Below are positions 60,847-64,000 of a stretch of 64,000 nt of DNA, in pieces. The position numbers were made by a program, and so were the translations under genes. Positions within the stretch are counted from its first letter, which is position 1. Every line of letters begins with the position of its first letter. The DNA is from Sphyrna mokarran. Its lineage: Eukaryota. Under the pieces are notes generated by a model, which had not been told where the DNA came from, searched no databases, and saw nothing but the letters and a program-made list of their open reading frames with translations. The stretch covers positions 19,530,001 to 19,594,000 of the forward strand of contig JAGIQG010000003.1 of assembly GCA_024679065.1 (NCBI GenBank), written 5' to 3'.

Positions 60847-61155
60847 ATCATAGAATTCCTACAGTGCAGAAGAAGGCAATTCAGCCCATCGAGCCATCAC
60901 TGCCAGGAATCTAGGCTCTATCCCTGCAATTCCCATATTTATCCTACTTGTCCCCTTGATACTAATGGGCAATTTAGCTTAGTCAATTCACCTAACCTAC
61001 ACATCTTTGTACTGTGGGAGGAGACCAAAGCACCCAGAGGAAATCCATGCAGACATGGGGAGAACATGCAGACTTCACACAGATAGTGACCCAAGGCTGG
61101 AATTGAACACAGGTCCCTGACGCTGTAAGGCAGCAGTTCTAACTACTGTGCCAAT
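60847..61155 (-). mobile_element. V-SINE (HE1-like)
   Basis: ATCATAGAATTCCTACAGTGCAGAAG tail, V-core and reverse-complemented head. Confidence 0.85.
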
Positions 61156-61299
61156 GTGTCCAGCTAAGATTAGATTTATCTAATCTTAGCAATGATGCTA
61201 GTTAAGATGACATTTTTTAGTAAATTCACAAGTCATAATATTTAAAATCACACTCATTCAACTCAGAAAATAGCTTTACAATTACTGCAACAAAAACTT

Positions 61300-62170
61300 T
61301 GTGGGAGAAAGGAGGAAGAGACGTGGCAAGAGATTATTTAGCTACAAATGTGGAAAAGCCTAGAAAAGACAACAGAGAAGCTTTGGGGAAAGATGGTATG
61401 GTTAACAATATCAATGTCTGCAGCCATATTGAGAAAGATAAGTAGCGAAAGTTCACCACCATCACAATCACATTTTATTTGTGACTCTGTTAAGAGACAT
61501 TTCAGTACTGTAGCAGCCATGGAAACCTGATTAGAGAGGTTTAAACATAAAGCTTAGGGAAAGATATGCATGGATTTGAGAGGAAATGACACATTCAAGG
61601 ATCTTGGAGGGAAAAATAAGGTCAATAATGAGGTAGCAGTTTGCAAGAATAGCGGGATTATGGATGTTTGTTTTTGAAGACAGAGGTCTTGATATCGACT
61701 TTGAAAGGGAGGGTGACAGGATGTGAGAAGAAGGAACCGGTTACAATGAATTAGCATGGTGACTGGAAAAAAAAAGTTGAGTCATCAGGTTAATAGCAGG
61801 AAGCGGATCTCAGAGACCGCATAAGCATGAAGTAGATGGCACGAGAGGAGATAGAAGTGGAATATGAGAAAGATATGAGATCACTGTTGTAGCATGGATG
61901 AATTGTGAAGGAGATTTGGTTTGATGAATAAGGAAATGGGGGAGGTGCAGCTAAGTGAATGATAACAACTTTAGCACAAAATTTCATAAAGTCCTAACAT
62001 ATATTGCTGGAGGTGAGTAAAGAGGCAGGGGAGAGGCAGTCCCTGCTCATAGAGGAGAAAAGAAGCCAGATTATATTTGTTTAACATGATGATCCAAATA
62101 ATGAAAGATTTTGCCAGAGGAAAGCTAATCCAAAACAGGCAAAGACATCTAACTGAGGAAATCATACATA
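61300..62170 (-). mobile_element. Decayed L2-clade LINE RT fragment
   Basis: ORF 61338-61520 (DCDGGELSLLIFLNMAADIDIVNHTI) resembles the L2 RT motif SLLILLDLSAAFDTVDH. Confidence 0.6.
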
Positions 62171-62619
62171 TTCTTACATCCTATAGATTTGCATACAGTG
62201 GGCAGAATTTAATCTGTGCAACAGGAATTTCCTTCAGCAGTTGGAGAACTAATGACACTATTTGTGTGATCAGACACACAAATCTAGGCAGGGTCAGGCA
62301 CTGAAGACCTTAGCAGGATGGAAATTCTGACTCCAACAACTACGTCCTCTCCCTATTGCAGGTGATGCTCTGAAACCTTCACCAGGAATCCTGGATTTCT
62401 TGGGATAGATAAGTGGGACTGGATGGGAGTTGCAGAGAGGGGCTCACCAGTTGATGGGGGAGGGGATGGTTTGGGGAGAGCGGTCAGATGTGGCCTCCCC
62501 ATTCCTGATGCTGGGTCCACCAACTGGGTACTGAGTACCTTTCAAGGGACCAACCCCCAAACCTCCACCCAAGGTAGACCACTGGCAAACCCGAATTAGT
62601 CTGCTGGGTCATCATAAGG

Positions 62620-63970
62620 CACAGGAGACCAATAACTAGGGAAGTAGAGAGGACTTTAAACTAAATAGAGGGGGGAATGGTTCTAGAGAGGGGGGAATGA
62701 AAGGGTATGGCCGTATTGCAGGCAGCTAATGAGATAATGATACCCAGAGTGTAGCAGAAAGGGACAGAGTGTACAAACATTAAATAAAACAACAGCAAAT
62801 AGAGTCAAAGGGAAAATGGTTAAAAGACAAAATTAATGGCTAACAGTATTCACATAATATGCTCACAGTTTTTGGCATAAAATAAATTATTTAACTACGC
62901 AAACATGGTTAATGTATATGATTTTAATGTCATTATAGAGACTTGGTTACAAGGAGACCAAAGCTTATAATTAAATATTTAGGGATATCTGATTTTTCAT
63001 AAGGACAGACAGGAAAAAAAGTATGGTGAGGTTGATTTTTTTTAGTAAGAAATGGAATAAGAATGATAGCAAGAAATGATCTTGGGTCAGGAGATGTTGA
63101 ATTCATATGGGTGGAGATTAGAAACAACAAGGGGAAGATAACACTTGTGAGAGTACTTTATAGGTTCCTGACAGTAGCTATATTGTAGGACAGAGGATAT
63201 ATCAAAAAATAATGAAGGCATGTAAAAAAACACAATACTTTAATCAAGAGTGATTTTAATCTTTACATGGATTGGCAAAGTCAAATTGGCAGTGATACCC
63301 ATGAGCTGGAATTCATTGGCTGGGATTTTCCAGTCGCACTTGCTCAAAACTGGAAAATCCTGCATGGTCATTTGCATGGACTGCCCCCCCAACCCGCTTT
63401 GATTCCTGGGCGGGCAGGACAGAAAAACTCCCCCCCATAGAGTGTATTCGGGACAGTTTCCAAGAACAATACGATGTGATGTGATTGCACTGGAGGGAGT
63501 GCAGAGACAATTCACCAGGATGCTTCCTGGGATGGAACATTTAAATTATGAAGAGAGGTTGGGTAGGCTTAGATTGTTCTCGTTGGAGCAGAGAAGACTG
63601 AGGGCTGACCCTGATCAAGGTGTACAGGATTATGAGAGATATGGACAGAGTGGATAAGAATCAGCTGTTCCTCTTAGTTGAAGGGTGAGTCACAAGGGAC
63701 CATAGGTTCAAGGTGAGGGGTAGACGGTTTAGGGGGATGGGAGGAAATTCTTCTTTACCCAGAGGGTGATGACAATCTGGAATGCGCTGCCGTGGAGGGT
63801 GGTAGAGGCAGGTTGCCTCACATGTTTAAAAAGTATCTGGATGAGCACTTGGCAACCACAACATTCAGGACTATGGGCCAAGTGCTGGCAAATGGGATTA
63901 GGTGGGATTTCAGGTGTCGCTGCTTGATGGGCTGAAGGGCCTCCTCTGCACTGTATGATTCAATGATTCT
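62620..63970 (+). mobile_element. Decayed CR1 (endonuclease start at about 62830-63316, 3' end 63480-63970) with a MITE inserted at 63317-63438
   Basis: ATTATAGAGACTTGGTT (ITETW-like) and TGATTTTAAT (GDFN-like) endonuclease motifs, then LEGVQRQFTRMLPGM..LFSLEQRRLR and a CR1 tail GGGCTGAAGGGCCT..TATGATTC. Confidence 0.75.
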
Positions 63971-64000
63971 ACTAATATGTTGTGGATCCAACCACGGATC

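Noticed and set aside
1-64000. Prokaryotic systems (CRISPR array, retron or DGR from RT ORFs and repeats)
   Set aside because: The sequence is clearly vertebrate. The RTs are CR1/L2/RTE/Gypsy type and there is no regularly spaced repeat-spacer array. Many track ORFs use non-ATG starts and are spurious.

Overview
Vertebrate genomic DNA, most likely from a shark or other cartilaginous fish. This is inferred from the repeat content: HE1-type V-SINEs, many CR1 LINEs, Penelope elements and Harbinger-derived elements. There is one host gene, a single 4.1-kb coding exon (43696-47844, +) encoding ZBTB38, a Kaiso-family BTB protein with 10 zinc fingers. It has a splice acceptor directly before the ATG and a probable poly(A) signal near 48890. 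The preceding 43 kb is probably 5'UTR introns. The rest is mostly transposon debris: two young CR1 copies, older CR1/L2/RTE fragments, a decayed Gypsy LTR element with a 5-bp TSD, a Harbinger transposase relic, MITEs and about 14 V-SINEs. The most unusual items are (1) a short U2-snRNA-headed, A-tailed insertion with an L1-type target site, (2) a set of tiny, mostly palindromic, TSD-flanked Penelope inserts carrying minimal hammerhead ribozyme cores, and (3) a template-switch-like inverted duplication inside a SINE. All calls come from reading the sequence by eye and from recalled family sequences. No searches were run, and many repeat boundaries are approximate.
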